Under the pieces are notes generated by a model. The model had not been told where the DNA came from and made no database searches. It saw only the letters and a program-made list of their open reading frames with translations. A stretch of DNA of 64,000 nucleotides, taken from positions 1 to 64,000 of the forward strand of contig NIVC01002842.1 of assembly GCA_002269645.1 (NCBI GenBank), read 5' to 3'. Below, one piece after another: positions 49,481 to 63,173 of the stretch; the stretch's first letter is position 1, and each line of letters begins with the position of its first letter. Made by a program: the position numbers and the translations under genes. The DNA comes from Macrostomum lignano. Its lineage: Eukaryota.

Positions 49481-52327
49481 TCAGCACATTCGTTTCCAAA
49501 ACTATAGGGCCATGGCTAAGTGCAAGATCTTGCCTCATGCTGACCTCTGCCTCAGACTTCAGAGATGGTGGCCAGTTCCACATCTTATATGTGCTAAGAG
49601 TGCTACAAGGTCACCACCCCCCCTCAATAGATGCTGCCACTGACCACTGGAACTTTTAGGAGGTCCACTGTTACACATAGATCTATCAAAGATGGCTATA
49701 CTAGCTTTGGGAGTCTACATCATTGTGAATGGCTATATTATTGCTGCATATGTCTAGCACACTGGCAAACCCTCCACAGTCTTCTAGAATAGTCTGCGAT
49801 TAGCTTTTGCACTGCAAAGCTAAATGCCAAAGGTATGAGAAGAGAGACTATTGTTATCCATTCTAAAAGCCAAGTGGCCTTATAGACCCTCAGTTGCACT
49901 ACTATAAACTCTTGGACAATTGCTAACTATACCTAGTACCTAGCAGCTCAACCTCTTGTCCAATAGCAATACTGTTAGGCTGAAGTAGATCTCAAGGCAC
50001 ATAGGGTTTCTAAGGAACAAGTTGATAGATAGGGATGGTTCTAACAATTACTAAATCAATGACTAGGCTAATTCCCTCCCCTATTGGAATAAGTTGACAA
50101 AACATGGACTGTCCATTGCATTTTCAGATTCTCCTGGTATTGCGTCGTGCGACAATGGTATCAAGTTTTATGTTGCGTCGCGCAACAATGCCATCTAGCA
50201 TTATGTCACATTGCGGCTGCCCAACACTGTGGCAACCTAGTGTCATCATGTGTTGCATTGTGGCCTGGATCTGCAACCAAAACCTCGCAAACTGCATTTC
50301 ATTGTAATCTGTTCACAGTTGTTTCTTAATATTTAAATGTTTGAAACATGTTTGATAATAACTAGTTCTTGAATTGTTTTTTTATTTTGACAATAAAGTA
50401 ACTATTACTTCAAATATAATTTTTTAAAATGTTACTTGTTAGTTACAATGCATGCACTGTTTTTCTAACTGCTGTACCTTTGTTGTTTTACTTTTTATTG
50501 TTTTTAAAAGTTCATTTCTTTTTCTACGAAATTGAAAGGAATATTCTTGTCCCCCACCCCATGGTCTCAGTCTCTGGAGTGAACAACAGAATGGGAATTG
50601 TCAATTTAAGCGAATGCTTGATACCTTGATTTTGTCCCCCTCCCAGTCATTCGGTCAATAGACATTGGTGTCGCGTCGCCCTTTTGAAGGCACAATTTTG
50701 GTCGCGCGTCTGCAGGTTTTTGAAACTTTTTCCAATAGGGATTCCTTCTATAGAGCCTCTATGTTGATAATAGGCTATTATGATGATAAGTCATCATTTT
50801 AGAAACAAAAAATATTTTATTCCCAAATAGAAGATTCAATAAGTGTCATAATCTAAAATATGTCATTCATGATAGTAGAATTTTCTAATATGCATTCAAT
50901 TTGGCAAGAATTCTATAATACATATATAAAGTTCTAGCATGCTTTCCAGTATGCATTGAAATTGATCCAGAAAATGGAGTGAGTGATCATTTTAGTGACA
51001 GGATAGTTTATTTGTCTGTTTTACTTTTATTATATTTTTAAAATATAAGATTTCAATATAAATGTCAATAGGCCTATTAAATAAGAATTATATAATAAGA
51101 TAAAATTTGTTTGTTATAGAAATGACTGTTAACTTTTTTATCAAATCGCCTAGCTATAAAATTAACAATATTAAACAGAAACTTGTGCACAACACTAGTT
51201 CAAGAAGTGAGGCTTAAGAAACAATCCACATATACTAAATACAGTTTCTAAATAGCAATTAAATAAACTGTACAAATATTTGCTACAAATTTTGTATATT
51301 TATAATAAATTATTAAGACTATATTATACAGCACAATATGTCTCCTATCGGTCAACTCTAAAAAATTAAAATAGACATTAATCGATTTTGCTAAGCGTCG
51401 TTATATTTATGAATAAAAATAAAATTACACATACATAGATAGGAAATCTAATATCAAACTGGTAGTTTAAAGTTAGTAGTAGCCTATGTGGGCGATTGGC
51501 GGCAATATTTTTTAAAATATTAATTTCCAATATAGAAGTAGATTGTAGTGCGGAAATATAATTAGTACATAGCTCAAAAGCAACTGAATGTCGTCCATTT
51601 GACATACAGGAAATTTTAAGATCTTGGAAAGTATAGATATCGTAGAAAATTATTGCTTTGAAATTTGCTTTTTCGCTTTAACAAAAGTTACAGACAAAAA
51701 GTATTTTTGCAATACATACTATTATTACCGCCATCTAAATTTTGCGCATGTTTTAAAAATTACAATAATTTTAGAATCAATGTGCAATTAAATAATGACA
51801 CGCGTGCACGCTTGAGTAGTGTGACATGCTGTGTCCAGGATTCGAGTCGAGTCGGAGAGAACCCCTTTGCATTGCATGGAGCCCTTCAAATAGATTGCTG
51901 GGCTGATATCATGACTTGGCCTAAAGTCAATAACTATGTTTTCACAATAACTAATATATCTTTTTTCTTATTAGTCTAATTAGTTTAGTTATAAAATATA
52001 TCCGGGACTATAGTATAGAAAAAATTTTTGCTATTTTTCTATAGTATAATTTCAACTAATTCAAATTGCACTTGTTATTTATGCAATATTGTCCTATATA
52101 GATAATGCCAATGTTATTTGCCTAGTACCATATAAATGGTATTGCCAATTATTGACATAGTAATTAAAATAAATACTAGTAGGCCTATTACATATTATAG
52201 TACATATAGCTTTGTCTACTTAATATTTAACTATAGGGCCTAATCTATCATTTTGAAGGCAAATATGACATGTCTAATTTTCAATTTTCATTTAATTCAA
52301 TATACTCCTCATACTTTGCTAGGTCTA

Positions 52328-53792
52328 ATTAATAAACCTCTTAAACTTTGTCTAACTTGGATACTCTGACTGTTATTCCAAATTTCCAACTTGTATTCGT
52401 AATGAGGTTAATTTAATTACAAGTTGGAACAATAGTGGAATATTCCAACTCTTATTCTAACTGATTATTAAATACACTACATAAGTCTATAAATATTATT
52501 CCAACTCTTATTCCAACTGATAAACTATAATAATTGACTTATAATTGAGGTGGGGCAAAGAAAGAAATGTACTTTGGGTTACTGTTATTAGCTGACATTG
52601 AAAAATGGGCAGTTTTGAACTTTGACTTCTGCCTCTATTGTCTTAGCACTCATAAAGCTAAAAAATTTCATGAACTGAAGCACTGATCCTTCTCCTTGGA
52701 TGCTCTATCTGCCAGGGTCCTCAATTCTAGGGGGAGAGTAGTCGTAATTGCAATTGAGTGGTCTTTTAGTGGCATGGTCATTCAAATTAGGTCCTTAGAC
52801 ACCATAAATTCCATAATCTGTCAATATGCTCAGTTTATTTCTCTCAGTACTAAAGTAGTGCTGCCACTACCATAATTTCGTATTATGGAACATTGAGGGT
52901 CTTAGAGCTTTCTTTGAGTTGAGACTGATTGGTTATTTTATGCCTTGTGGGCAAATGACTCAATATAAACTAGAGGCTTCAATCAGGAATAAACGAATAA
53001 ATATTTGACATAACTTTTGGCTTGTTATTATTTATAGTATTATGCACTAGATAATGAGTAGTTACAATTCAAGTACTAAAAGATTATTATTACTATTGTT
53101 GGCTGATATACGAGTGAGGCAAATCGGCAGTGCTGAGAGTGAGCAAGAAATTAATAAATGATTAGACGCTAAGAGCTAGGGCAAAACAAGCTAAACAGAG
53201 TAAGACAGAGTAAAGAAGATGCATGAGAGCAAGATTGGTTTCACGTAACACTTAAATATTAAATGGCAGAGCTAAACCTAGAGGGTGGGACAACAGAAAG
53301 GACAAGGGAAGGGGCACCCAAAGGAAAAAGGAAAAAACCTGGCCACTGGAAATGGTATAACAACAAAAGAACATGGGAAGGAGCAGCGAAGGGAGCAGGC
53401 AAAGGAGCAAAGGCGGGGACACAAAAGAGCAGGCGAGGGGACATATGTCATAAATAAAATAAGTGATGTCAGCTGTCAATGCCTGGAAAATAATAACAGT
53501 CTGCCTTGTCCATGCTAAAGGTCTGCCATCGTTCTCCCAGTGGTAGACTGGCCTACCACATAATTTATAATAATCAGTTTATATTAAAGTTGGAATCAGT
53601 CAGAAGACTACAAGAATTAGTTGGAATAAAATTTAACTCTTGCAATGTATTAGATTATTAGTTGGAATAAGAGTAAAATATTTTAACTATTGTTCCAACT
53701 TGTAATTAGGCCAAACCTCATTATGAGTTAGAAATTCAAAATAACAGTCAGAATATTCAGAATCAGACACAAAGTTTAAAAGGTAATTAATA
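52328..53792. mobile_element. Non-autonomous TIR/foldback element with ~220-bp diverged inverted repeats
   Basis: 52328-52545 matches the reverse complement of about 53565-53792, including TAATTACAAGTTGGAACAATAGT, TTAAACTTTG, TCTGACTGTTATT and TAATGAGGTT. Confidence 0.72.
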
Positions 53793-54640
53793 ATAATAGA
53801 TAATAAGCACTAAGAAATCAAAACATGTTGCATATTATTCAAAAAGTCAAATCAATACTAAAAGGACTTGTTATTTTTCTAAATTTTGATTAAAACTATA
53901 TGTAGCATTGTTGGTGGATATTATTATTACCTAGTTAAGTCTTTTTAGCACTCATTCTAAGTGTAGCCTTGTCATTTGTGCTTTTGTATATAATATAAAT
54001 ATTTATATTTAGCAAATGATATAGTGTATTCATTTTAAAAGACCTTCCAATATAAGTATTAAATATGTTATGAAGCATTTCTAGGAAATCATAGTTCTAT
54101 CATAGTTCAAATCTGTGCAAAAAAAGAAATCATTATTATTTTAGTTTTATTATTGTGAGTTCAAATAATATTTCACGAAATAATTTTTGTTTTAAATACA
54201 TTTCACAACTAGTACGAAGCCTGAGCCAAATTCTCTTACTACTACTACTACTACTAAATAGGAGCCCAGAATGGGCCTAAAGAAGTCAACCTGGGAGTAA
54301 CCTGTCTTAATCGCAAAATTCTGAGTTCTACTAAATCCTATTTGCAAGACTTAAAGACTTCTTCATTTCTTAGCGTAAACCCCAATTGGGAGTATTGTTA
54401 GAAAACCGCTGAAAAGCAAGAGAATTGACTAAGAGTAGAAAGGACTTGCGGAGTAGTAGGAGAAAATTGCCTCAGGGCAGAGAAAATGCTTCATAGCAGG
54501 AAAAGATCGCCTCAGGGCAGAAAAGGAGCATAAGCTGTGACCCTCTGATCTAGGGAACGCCAGGACTAAGAGATATAAGAGTAGACAGTGCCAATAGACC
54601 GCTCAGGCAAAAGGTACAGTACATGTATAACCGCTACCAT

Positions 54641-55880
54641 TAGATAAGTAGATGCTACCAATATAAATAGATAAGTAGACGCTACCAATATAAATAGATA
54701 AGTAGACGCTACCAATATAAATAGATAAGTAGACGCTACCAATATAAATAGATAAGTAGATGCTACCAATATAAATAGAAAAGTAGACGCTACCAATATA
54801 AATAGATAAGTAGACGCTACCAATATAAATAGATAAGTAGACGCTACCAATATAAATAGATAAGTAGACGCTACCAATATAAATAGATAAGTAGACGCTA
54901 CCAATATAAATAGATAAGTAGACGCTACCAATATAAATAGATAAGTAGATGCTACCAATATAAATAGATAAGTAGACGCTACCAATATAAATAGATAAGT
55001 AGACGCTACCAATATAAATAGATAAGTAGACGCTACCAATATAAATAGATAAGTAGATGCTACCAATATAAATAGATAAGTAGACGCTACCAATATAAAT
55101 AGATAAGTAGACGCTACCAATATAAATAGATAAGTAGACGCTACCAATATAAATAGATAAGTAGACGCTACCAATATAAATAGATAAGTAGACGCTACCA
55201 ATATAAATAGATAAGTAGACGCTACCAATATAAATAGATAAGTAGACGCTACCAATATAAATAGATAAGTAGACGCTACCAATATAAATAGATAAGTAGA
55301 CGCTACCAATATAAATAGATAAGTAGACGCTACCAATATAAATAGATAAGTAGACGCTACCAATATAAATAGATAAGTAGACGCTACCAATATAAATAGA
55401 TAAGTAGACGCTACCAATATAAATAGATAAGTAGACGCTACCAATATAAATAGATAAGTAGACGCTACCAATATAAATAGATAAGTAGACGCTACCAATA
55501 TAAATAGATAAGTAGACGCTACCAATATAAATAGATAAGTAGATGCTACCAATATAAATAGATAAGTAGATGCTACCAATATAAATAGATAAGTAGACGC
55601 TACCAATATAAATAGATAAGTAGACGCTACCAATATAAATAGATAAGTAGACGCTACCAATATAAATAGATAAGTAGACGCTACCAATATAAATAGATAA
55701 GTAGACGCTACCAATATAAATAGATAAGTAGACGCTACCAATATAAATAGATAAGTAGACGCTACCAATATAAATAGATAAGTAGACGCTACCAATATAA
55801 ATAGATAAGTAGACGCTACCAATATAAATAGATAAGTAGATGCTACCAATATAAGTAGATAAGTAGACGCTACCAATATT
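54641..55880 (+). repeat. 27-bp minisatellite (AGATAAGTAGACGCTACCAATATAAAT)n
   Basis: About 46 nearly identical units; 9-aa shadow period. Confidence 0.97.
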
Positions 55881-56804
55881 AGTAGTACATTTATGCAAAA
55901 AGTACATTAAATAGAAAGACAGAATTAACAGGCCTGTAACAACTTTGGTGGCAGCGAGTAAAGCTAAACAAAAGAATAATTAAGAGCCCTGGGACAGCTT
56001 TTGGTGGCATTTAGTGAGATTCTCAATGTACAGAAAACACCCCTAGCACACAAATATTTAGCATATTTAGCAAATGCAATTAAATTAAATCGATTTTTCA
56101 AAATTTAAGAAAAAGTAGGCTAGCTTAACAAAATAGATACTACATTTATTAGGAAAAAAGTTTTTTAAAAAATATATTATATTGTTATAAGATTACTTTA
56201 TTATTTAGGCATCATAAACTAAGGCCACCAAAAAGCAATCTGAGATACTAAAAATTTGAGTAAAAAGCACAAAAAACACAAAGCACAAGCACCAAAAAGT
56301 ATAAAAATCTAAATTTTACCTATAGATACTTTACAATTAGGCCTACCTTTCATTAGTTTTAACTTATTATGAAAATATAAGATAACTATTTATTATATAT
56401 TTATATTTGTTACAGTATATATAACTCTAATACTATATTATATGATAGCAGGCAAATAACACTCAGTATTTATACAATCACATACAAATAAAGAATGCTT
56501 TCATTTAAACCATCCTTCTGTATAATTTGCATAATTAATAGTAATAATAAGCACTAAGGTATAAACATGCATAAATCATGCCTATAATTTAGTTACCTTA
56601 AGTTAGTTTTAACTCATGAAAATATAAGATAGCTATTTATCAGATATTTATTTCAGTTTCTATATAAAAATTCTAGTACTATTTATTAGGCATACAACAT
56701 TAGCAATATTTAAACAAAACTATAGAAATAACAAATGCCATTACCAATGTTTTTTTAATTTATTTTTCCTCTTGTAGTCTTTCTAGTTTATATCATATAC
56801 CCTA

Positions 56805-57095
56805 GGTTTATAGCCTAGTGGTTAGAGCATCAGACTCATGACTTGAAAGTCAGAAGTTTGATTCCCAAATCCCACTGCAACAATTTGTGTCCTTGAGCAA
56901 GACACTTAACTCTGCATTGCTTCAGTTCATCTAGCTATAACTAGCATTAGCTGGGGTAATTGAGGGTGTGTGGTGACCCCTTTGTCTTTAGACTAAATAG
57001 CAAATATAGCTTTCAGATGTGCCATGCAATGGCTATAGCTAAGCTTTCAGTTGCACATCTGCCTATTAGGGAAAGTATAATCAATTATTATTATT
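56805..57095 (+). mobile_element. tRNA-derived SINE, CpG-decayed
   Basis: A-box-like TAGCCTAGTGG and B-box-like GTTTGATTCCC, followed by the SINE core motif TGTGTCCTTGAGCAAGACACTTAAC and an (ATT)n tail. Confidence 0.7.
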
Positions 57096-60000
57096 TTATA
57101 TTAGAATAAATAATGTGCCACAAGCATATTTATACTTAGTAAATCAGTTTTTTACTTTTAATTCAGTAAGAATAAAGAATATATAGGTTATTTTATAAAA
57201 TAAAGGCAACTGAAATGACTTAAATAAGTTTAGAAGCCCAAGCTTACAAGTGTAAATAGCTTGCTAATTGGTTCAGCAATAATGTACACTAACCACTAAA
57301 ATATAAAAGGCAGATTTAGGCTAGGACAACTAAAGAAAATAATAAAAATTGGATGGCAAGGTTGGTATAGAGGTTTTGCATAGAGTTTAAAGGTTTAGGC
57401 TTGAGGGTAAGAGCCAATAAATAAGCATTGTCTTTAAAATACATTAAAATACTTTAGTTTAACTTACTACTGAACTAAAATTAGCTTGCATGCAAATGTG
57501 CTGAGTGGCCTATCTAGTTATTCTAGTATCTATAGTTTATATTCATTTTTTCTATGTAATTGCATTCCAAAGTTATGAATTTGCAAAAATTTATGTTTCT
57601 TTATTTAAATTTGCCTTATTTATCTGTATATTAGTAAGTCAATAGAACCTCATTGAGTTTCTACTTTTTATTGTTTCTTTTTCTTAGCTCTTAAGGGATA
57701 CAAAGTTGCAATGATTTAAAATAATTTATACTAGACTTATCCTACATAAGGGTTGGTCTATAGGCCATATAATTATATAATGGATTTTTTATTTGTTATT
57801 AGGTCAAAACTAAGTCATATACTAGTATATTATAAAGTCATATGCCAAGTATTGTATACCATATATATGAGATAGCATTGACTTTCATGGTATATATTTA
57901 GGACTATAATATTCAAATAGTTTTAAAATCATTTTCAGCTAAGATTATCTTGACTTATAAGCAAAAAAATTAGTGTAAATTTATTAGTATAAAACTAAAG
58001 AGTTTTAATAAGAATCAATAATAATGCATATCAAATTTTAGTTTAAGTTTAGATTTAGATATAAAATTAATTTAGCAAGTCTAGTCTTAATGATAATATT
58101 GTGGTAATCAGAATATATACAACTGGTAAGCACTAGTGCAGCTACATTTGAAACCCCACAACCTTTGCTTAGCTTAGGTGGGTAGGTGTACCAAGCTAGC
58201 TGGCTTGCTAAGCCAGGGGTTGGCAAAGTCTATCATGCCACCTTTTTGCACTTCCCTAGGCCTATCAATCTTGCACTATTTGTAAATATAAATATATGCA
58301 CAAAGTAGCACAAAATCTTCACTGAAATTATATCCATTAAACTTAATAGCCTTCCCTTTTAATATATCTGATAACATTTAGAATCTTCAAGTAATAAACA
58401 ATTGTTACTCTTGGATAAAGTAGTAATATAGTAGATAATATTCTTTAAATCCTAGTCAGAGATAGTCATAGGTAGATGCCAAATCAGCAAAGTAGATCTG
58501 GTAAAGCCTGCTATTGCAGCCAAAGGCCATTTTTGGATAGTGTACATGTACAGCTATAAAGCTGTATACAGCTTTGATCTACCTAGCAAAATGGCAACAC
58601 AGTGTAAGGCATGTATAAAAAAAGAGGTGCAATATTGCAGTGAAGTAAACTAGTGAAGTAAAAAAAACACTAGGCAAAGTAAGGCAAAAAATCATCATTT
58701 TTTATCTACCCTAATCTTTCTAGTTGAGATTTATAGATAAATCTAAAATTTATCATTTAAAATTTGTAATAACTGTCTATAAAGAATCTTATTTTATCTT
58801 TATCAATGATCTTTTTGTAGCAATTTTTAAAGAAAGAAAGTAGAATAATTGCTAAGAATGCAGAATTTTGCTATATACAGTAATATATCTTTTTATGATT
58901 AATGCTATATAAACTGTTTTTTTCTGGAGAGCCTATAATACCATCTATAAAGCCATTTAAGTAATAATATTCCTTTAACTTCTATTTTACCCTATATTTA
59001 CCCAACCCTTGAAAAAGATTGCAAAAAGTCAGCTAGCAAAAACTAGAATAATGCAGAATGACCAAGCTTATGGGTTTATTTGCTTTTGTTTATCATTTGT
59101 TCTATTGATTTATGTGAAGACTATCTCCATATGTACTTGTAGCTGATTTATCTCAGAAAGAAATCTATTCATTTTGCTTTCAATAACTGCGTTTCTATTC
59201 AAAATAATGATAGTTTTGTTTTAACTACATTAACATATTCTGTGACAACTAATTATTGCAATAAACTTTTAGACATGCAAGATTCTGCTCTGCATATTTT
59301 TGACTAAAGTGCTTTTACTGTATTGTTTTGTCTTAAGCTTTTATTAAATTTTTAGTATATAGAATGTTTCTTAACGTGCACATAAATGACTACTGCTCTA
59401 TGAGTAGTGTATAAAATTTATTCTCTATTGCACACATTGCAGATGTAAATATTCTGTTTGCTTCCAGATTGTACAAGACAAGTAAACACTGAATTTCATT
59501 GATTTCAAGTCAGCGAGACAATTGGGTGCCATGAAATCTTTTATTGCAGGTGAGAGCATTATTTCTGTTGCATTTTTTTGCAAAATTGAAAATGCTAGGT
59601 GTATGCTAGTGGTATATTTGGAATAACTGGAATTCTACAGTTGCTAAGTGCATACTGCCGAACTGCTCGGGTCGGGCTTGCGAGTTTTTTATCTACTATT
59701 TGAGCTCAATCTCAATCTTGCGGAGCGATGCGCTCTTATCAACAGCTTATATAATAAAGTTAGTTTCAAGAAATTCGAATAGCATAGAAATTGCTGCCAC
59801 GTTTCTTATAAAGCTAATTGAATCAGATTAGCATTGTTGATTCGCTGGGTCAGTCATAATGCTCAAAAGTTCAAGAGCTCGCAGTCAGTCTGCAAAACGG
59901 TCAGGCTCAACATCTGGCATCGATCAGGTGCGTGAGGTGCTGAACACTTCGATAATTAACAGTGCTGTAATGCCTGTGCTTTAATGAATTCATAAATACA

Positions 60001-60200
60001 TTTACTGCATTTTTGACAGATTGCCAAGCTTTCAAGTTCCCAGACAGCATCATTTATTAGCTGCTTCAGGCTTTCTCCTTCTTTAAGCAAGCCTGTCTTA
60101 AGTCAGGGGTCGGAAAACTGCGGCCGGCGGCCACATGCAACCCGCGAAGCCTCTCTATCCGGCCCTCGGGTCTTTGGAGACCTCTTACTTACTTACTTAC

Positions 60201-60756
60201 TTGTTGTTGTTGTTAAACGGGGGTGGGAAGCTGGGCTTACCCGCGGATCAGCCCTGGGAGAGGCTCTGCCACTAGTGGGGCACTTTCCAAGGGCACGGGG
60301 AATTCCGTGTACCCGAGATACCCTCCTCGGAAGTCCGAGAATCAATTTAGTTGGGCCCTGACTTAAGCCAGGGAAGAGCGAGGGACTTCAAGCCTACGGT
60401 ACAAGACACCGCCAACCCAATATTAGTGGAATCAGGGACGGTACAAGGACCGAGTCCACCCAGGCCACCCCCCAGCAGACAAGCCCTCGGGAGTGCGCGA
60501 AAGCAGAATTGGATTTATTACTAAAAGCTGTCCAAGAGCGGGAAACCCAGAAGTCTTGGAAAGGGCTTGATTATTGGAGTGAGTCTGGAAGGCTTGTTTC
60601 CGAGGGCGAGACTCCAGGCAGGAAGACCGTCTACCGGCTACAAACCCAAGGGTATCGCCTATCCAGCTCAGTATTGGGGGCCAGGCCAAGGGGGGGGGCA
60701 CAAGGAGCAAGAGGAAACCGGACTCAGCCGGTTTTCCCTGATTCGGGACGAACATC
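60201..60756 (-). mobile_element. Retroposed insert with an (AAC)n tail and a hairpin-rich 3' part, lying within a (TAAG)n tail
   Basis: Bounded by (CTTA)n on both sides and ends in (TTG)n on the plus strand. Hairpins include GGGCACGG...CCGTGTACCC and CTCGGAAGTCCGAG. Confidence 0.5.
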
Positions 60757-60846
<90 letters not shown>

Positions 60847-61178
60847 ACTGACGGGGGGGCGCAGGCGCCGCGAATAGGCCGCGAGGCCCCTATCGCAACC
60901 CCAAGGTAAAAAAGCGCAAGGATTAACCTTGGGGGTGCGCCCAGTCCCCGCCAGTAGTCGGCAGGTTAGCAGTGGAGGCATCGGCGACCCTCGTCCGGCC
61001 GGAGTCCCGGACGAAGGCGCGAAGGTCACGGATATTGTCCAGGGTGGTCAGCTTGTCCATCGGCTGGGGGTGGCCGAGGTATTTGTGCCGCGCCTTGTTG
61101 AAGTAAGGGCAGAAAGTGACGTGATGCTCCGCGGTCTCCTCTCCTATGCCACAGAAATGACAGGTGGGAGGGCAACCG
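60757..61178 (-). mobile_element. 5'-truncated LINE 3' end with a CCHC zinc knuckle and a (TAAG)n tail
   Basis: The minus strand reads [19 protein letters not shown]...[11 protein letters not shown], then a stem-loop 3' UTR and about 22 TAAG units. A 10-bp TSD, TGGAGACCTC, lies at 60175-60184 and 61179-61188. Confidence 0.82.
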
Positions 61179-62805
61179 TGGAGACCTCGCAATAGCAATT
61201 CAGCCCGCTCAATGTTTATCTCTTGATTCTCTTCTCAGTTCTCTTTTCTCTAATCTCATCCTCTCCTCTCTCTCCCCTTCACTCCCTCTTATTTGTCAAT
61301 CCTCTCTTACTCTCCGGCCCGCAGTCATTCTTTAGGTTTTCTATCTGGCCCTTGAGGTTCATAGTTCGCCGACCCCTGTCTTAGATGAATAGTAGATAGA
61401 TAGTTTACTTAACACAGTCTTGACAGTAAGACCGACCCCCAAGCCCATTACAATCCTTTGTTAAGCAATCTTCTCAAACAATTAATCAAATCGCCAGCCT
61501 TCCGTATAGTCGAGATATTCAACAGTTCGGCCAGAAGATTAGCTGCTCCCATAAGCTTCGACTTTGGCAGCCTTCTGTACCTTCAACAGATGACATAGAC
61601 GCATTGTGGCGACCATGTTTGACTTTCCTGATCAAGCCTCAACTGCTGGACTTCCTCAATAAGTCTCTCAAGCGATCAGTCGTCATCCTGACAGCTTCAA
61701 GACAATAAAAATTAGCCCCTGTAATTTCTTTTAAATTAAAAATTTCATCATTCGCACTTGAACTACTTATGACCGGTAGTAGTTTCTTAGCGCATATTTA
61801 AAATCAAAAAAGCTGATTTCATTATGGAGTTGCTTTTCTTACAAAATATTGAAGTATTGGAAATATTGAATGATTGCAACCCAGAAAACATCTGCAGTTA
61901 CAACCAAGGTTTTACGTCGTATAACGTAAATATCGATTTTTCCCTCAGAGCTCTCTCAGTTCCAGCATAGCTATCCGTATATGCTTATAATATCCGTATA
62001 TATTATTAATTAAATTAATAATTTAATTTAAACATGCCCAACAAAGGCCAGTTATGGTTTGTGCCTCAGTTTTACGAGGCCTTCCACTCTAGTAATTCGT
62101 ATCCAGGCTTGTTTTTTAAGGCGTTGCCGTTAATACTGTGTACCCGATTTTATGGTAGGAATTGGTTGGCATGAGCAGACTCAGAATTATGACTTCTCTC
62201 TCTCCCTCTTGCCTCCACTTCATCTCTTCTAAAAGCAAGCGCTTTAGCTCTGCACACCACACTGCGTACTCTCTGCTTGCGTTTCCCACCATCGCCCGTC
62301 GCTTCCCTGTGTAGCCAATTGGGCTTCTCTTTCTGCTCCCCTCCTCACTGTGACAACCGCCGTCTCCTCCTCTATTCCCTAATCTTCCACCTGCCCGCCC
62401 GTCGCTGCATAGGAAAAAGGAAACAATGGGGCAATGGGGTGGGGGCGGAAGACAGAGAGGCGGGCTGTGGCGGGTTGGCGCATTGCTGGGTGAATTATGG
62501 GGACAGGTATAGAGGTAGGTAGGGCCTAATAATATAGCTACTGAGTCAGCAGGGGGCATAGCCGGCGGGAGCAGCAATTCTCTCATTTTTCCCGTCTGTC
62601 GCAGTCAGAAAGCCAGCCAGCCAGCCAGAAAGTCATGCCGGTTTCTCTTAGGCGAACCGCCTCAGCCAGGGGCTCCGTAAGTTGTGCCTTTGAATCTTCT
62701 CTATGAATTTTCTAAACCTGAATTTGATACCTAATAGGAACGGTTTCTGAGTTTGTTTTGAGTAACTTTTAAGGCGAGGGGCATTTGTGACGCTTTTGCA
62801 GATCA

Positions 62806-63148
62806 ATGAACTGGAACCAAACCCCCACCCCCTCCCCCCGGCAGGAGCGCAAGCGGCACCAGGATTCCGCCAACTCCGTGCGTCGCCGGGCGGCCGCCGC
62901 GCCTGCTGCCTCTGGAGCGCAGAGGCTGCCGGGGACTGTCGCAGTTCGAGGAGGCGCTGCTGCTCCGGGGGCACCCACCGCCGTTGCCGTGGTCGAGCTG
63001 GACCATCGGCATCAGCATGCGCCGCAGGGGAAACAGCAGGGGCAGCAGCAGAGACACCCCGGACCCGTTGCTAATGGCGACAGTTTCAGCTCAGCGAATC
63101 CTGATGTGCATCGGCTGTCGCAGCAGGTGGCCAGGCTGGAGGCTGCCG
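62806..63148 (+). CDS. Probable first coding exon of an unknown gene (Ala/Gln/Pro-rich N-terminus); upstream exon ends at about 62676
   Basis: TTTTGCAG acceptor at 62801 and ATG at 62806, then an open GC-rich frame (MNWNQTPTPSPRQERKRHQDS...LSQQVARLEAA) ending at a G|GTAAGA donor at 63149. An upstream GTAAGT donor lies at about 62677. Confidence 0.45.
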
Positions 63149-63173
63149 GTAAGACTGCAGTTGCTGTGTCAGC

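Larger units (their letters stand above)
60104..61378. mobile_element. hAT-type MITE split by nested retro-insertions
   Basis: The left end CAGGGGTCGGAAAACTGCGGCC and the right end TTCGCCGACCCCTG are inverted. The flanks TCTTAAGT and TCTTAGAT resemble a degenerate 8-bp TSD. Confidence 0.78.

Noticed and set aside
56805-56885. tRNA gene
   Set aside because: The boxes are decayed, there is no intact cloverleaf, and the sequence continues into a SINE core and tail.
59460-60080. Small candidate exons (CAG|ATTGTACAAG..., ATGAAATCTTTTATTGCAG|GTGAG, GACAG|ATTGCC)
   Set aside because: Joining them gives only a ~19-aa peptide and one implausibly short intron, so there is insufficient support.
60215-60390. 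HDV-like or hammerhead ribozyme in the structured retro-insert
   Set aside because: CCTCCTCG and CTGCCAC resemble L3 loops, but I could not build the P1/P3 pairings, and there is no CUGAUGA...GAAA core. An Infernal or RNArobo search would settle it.
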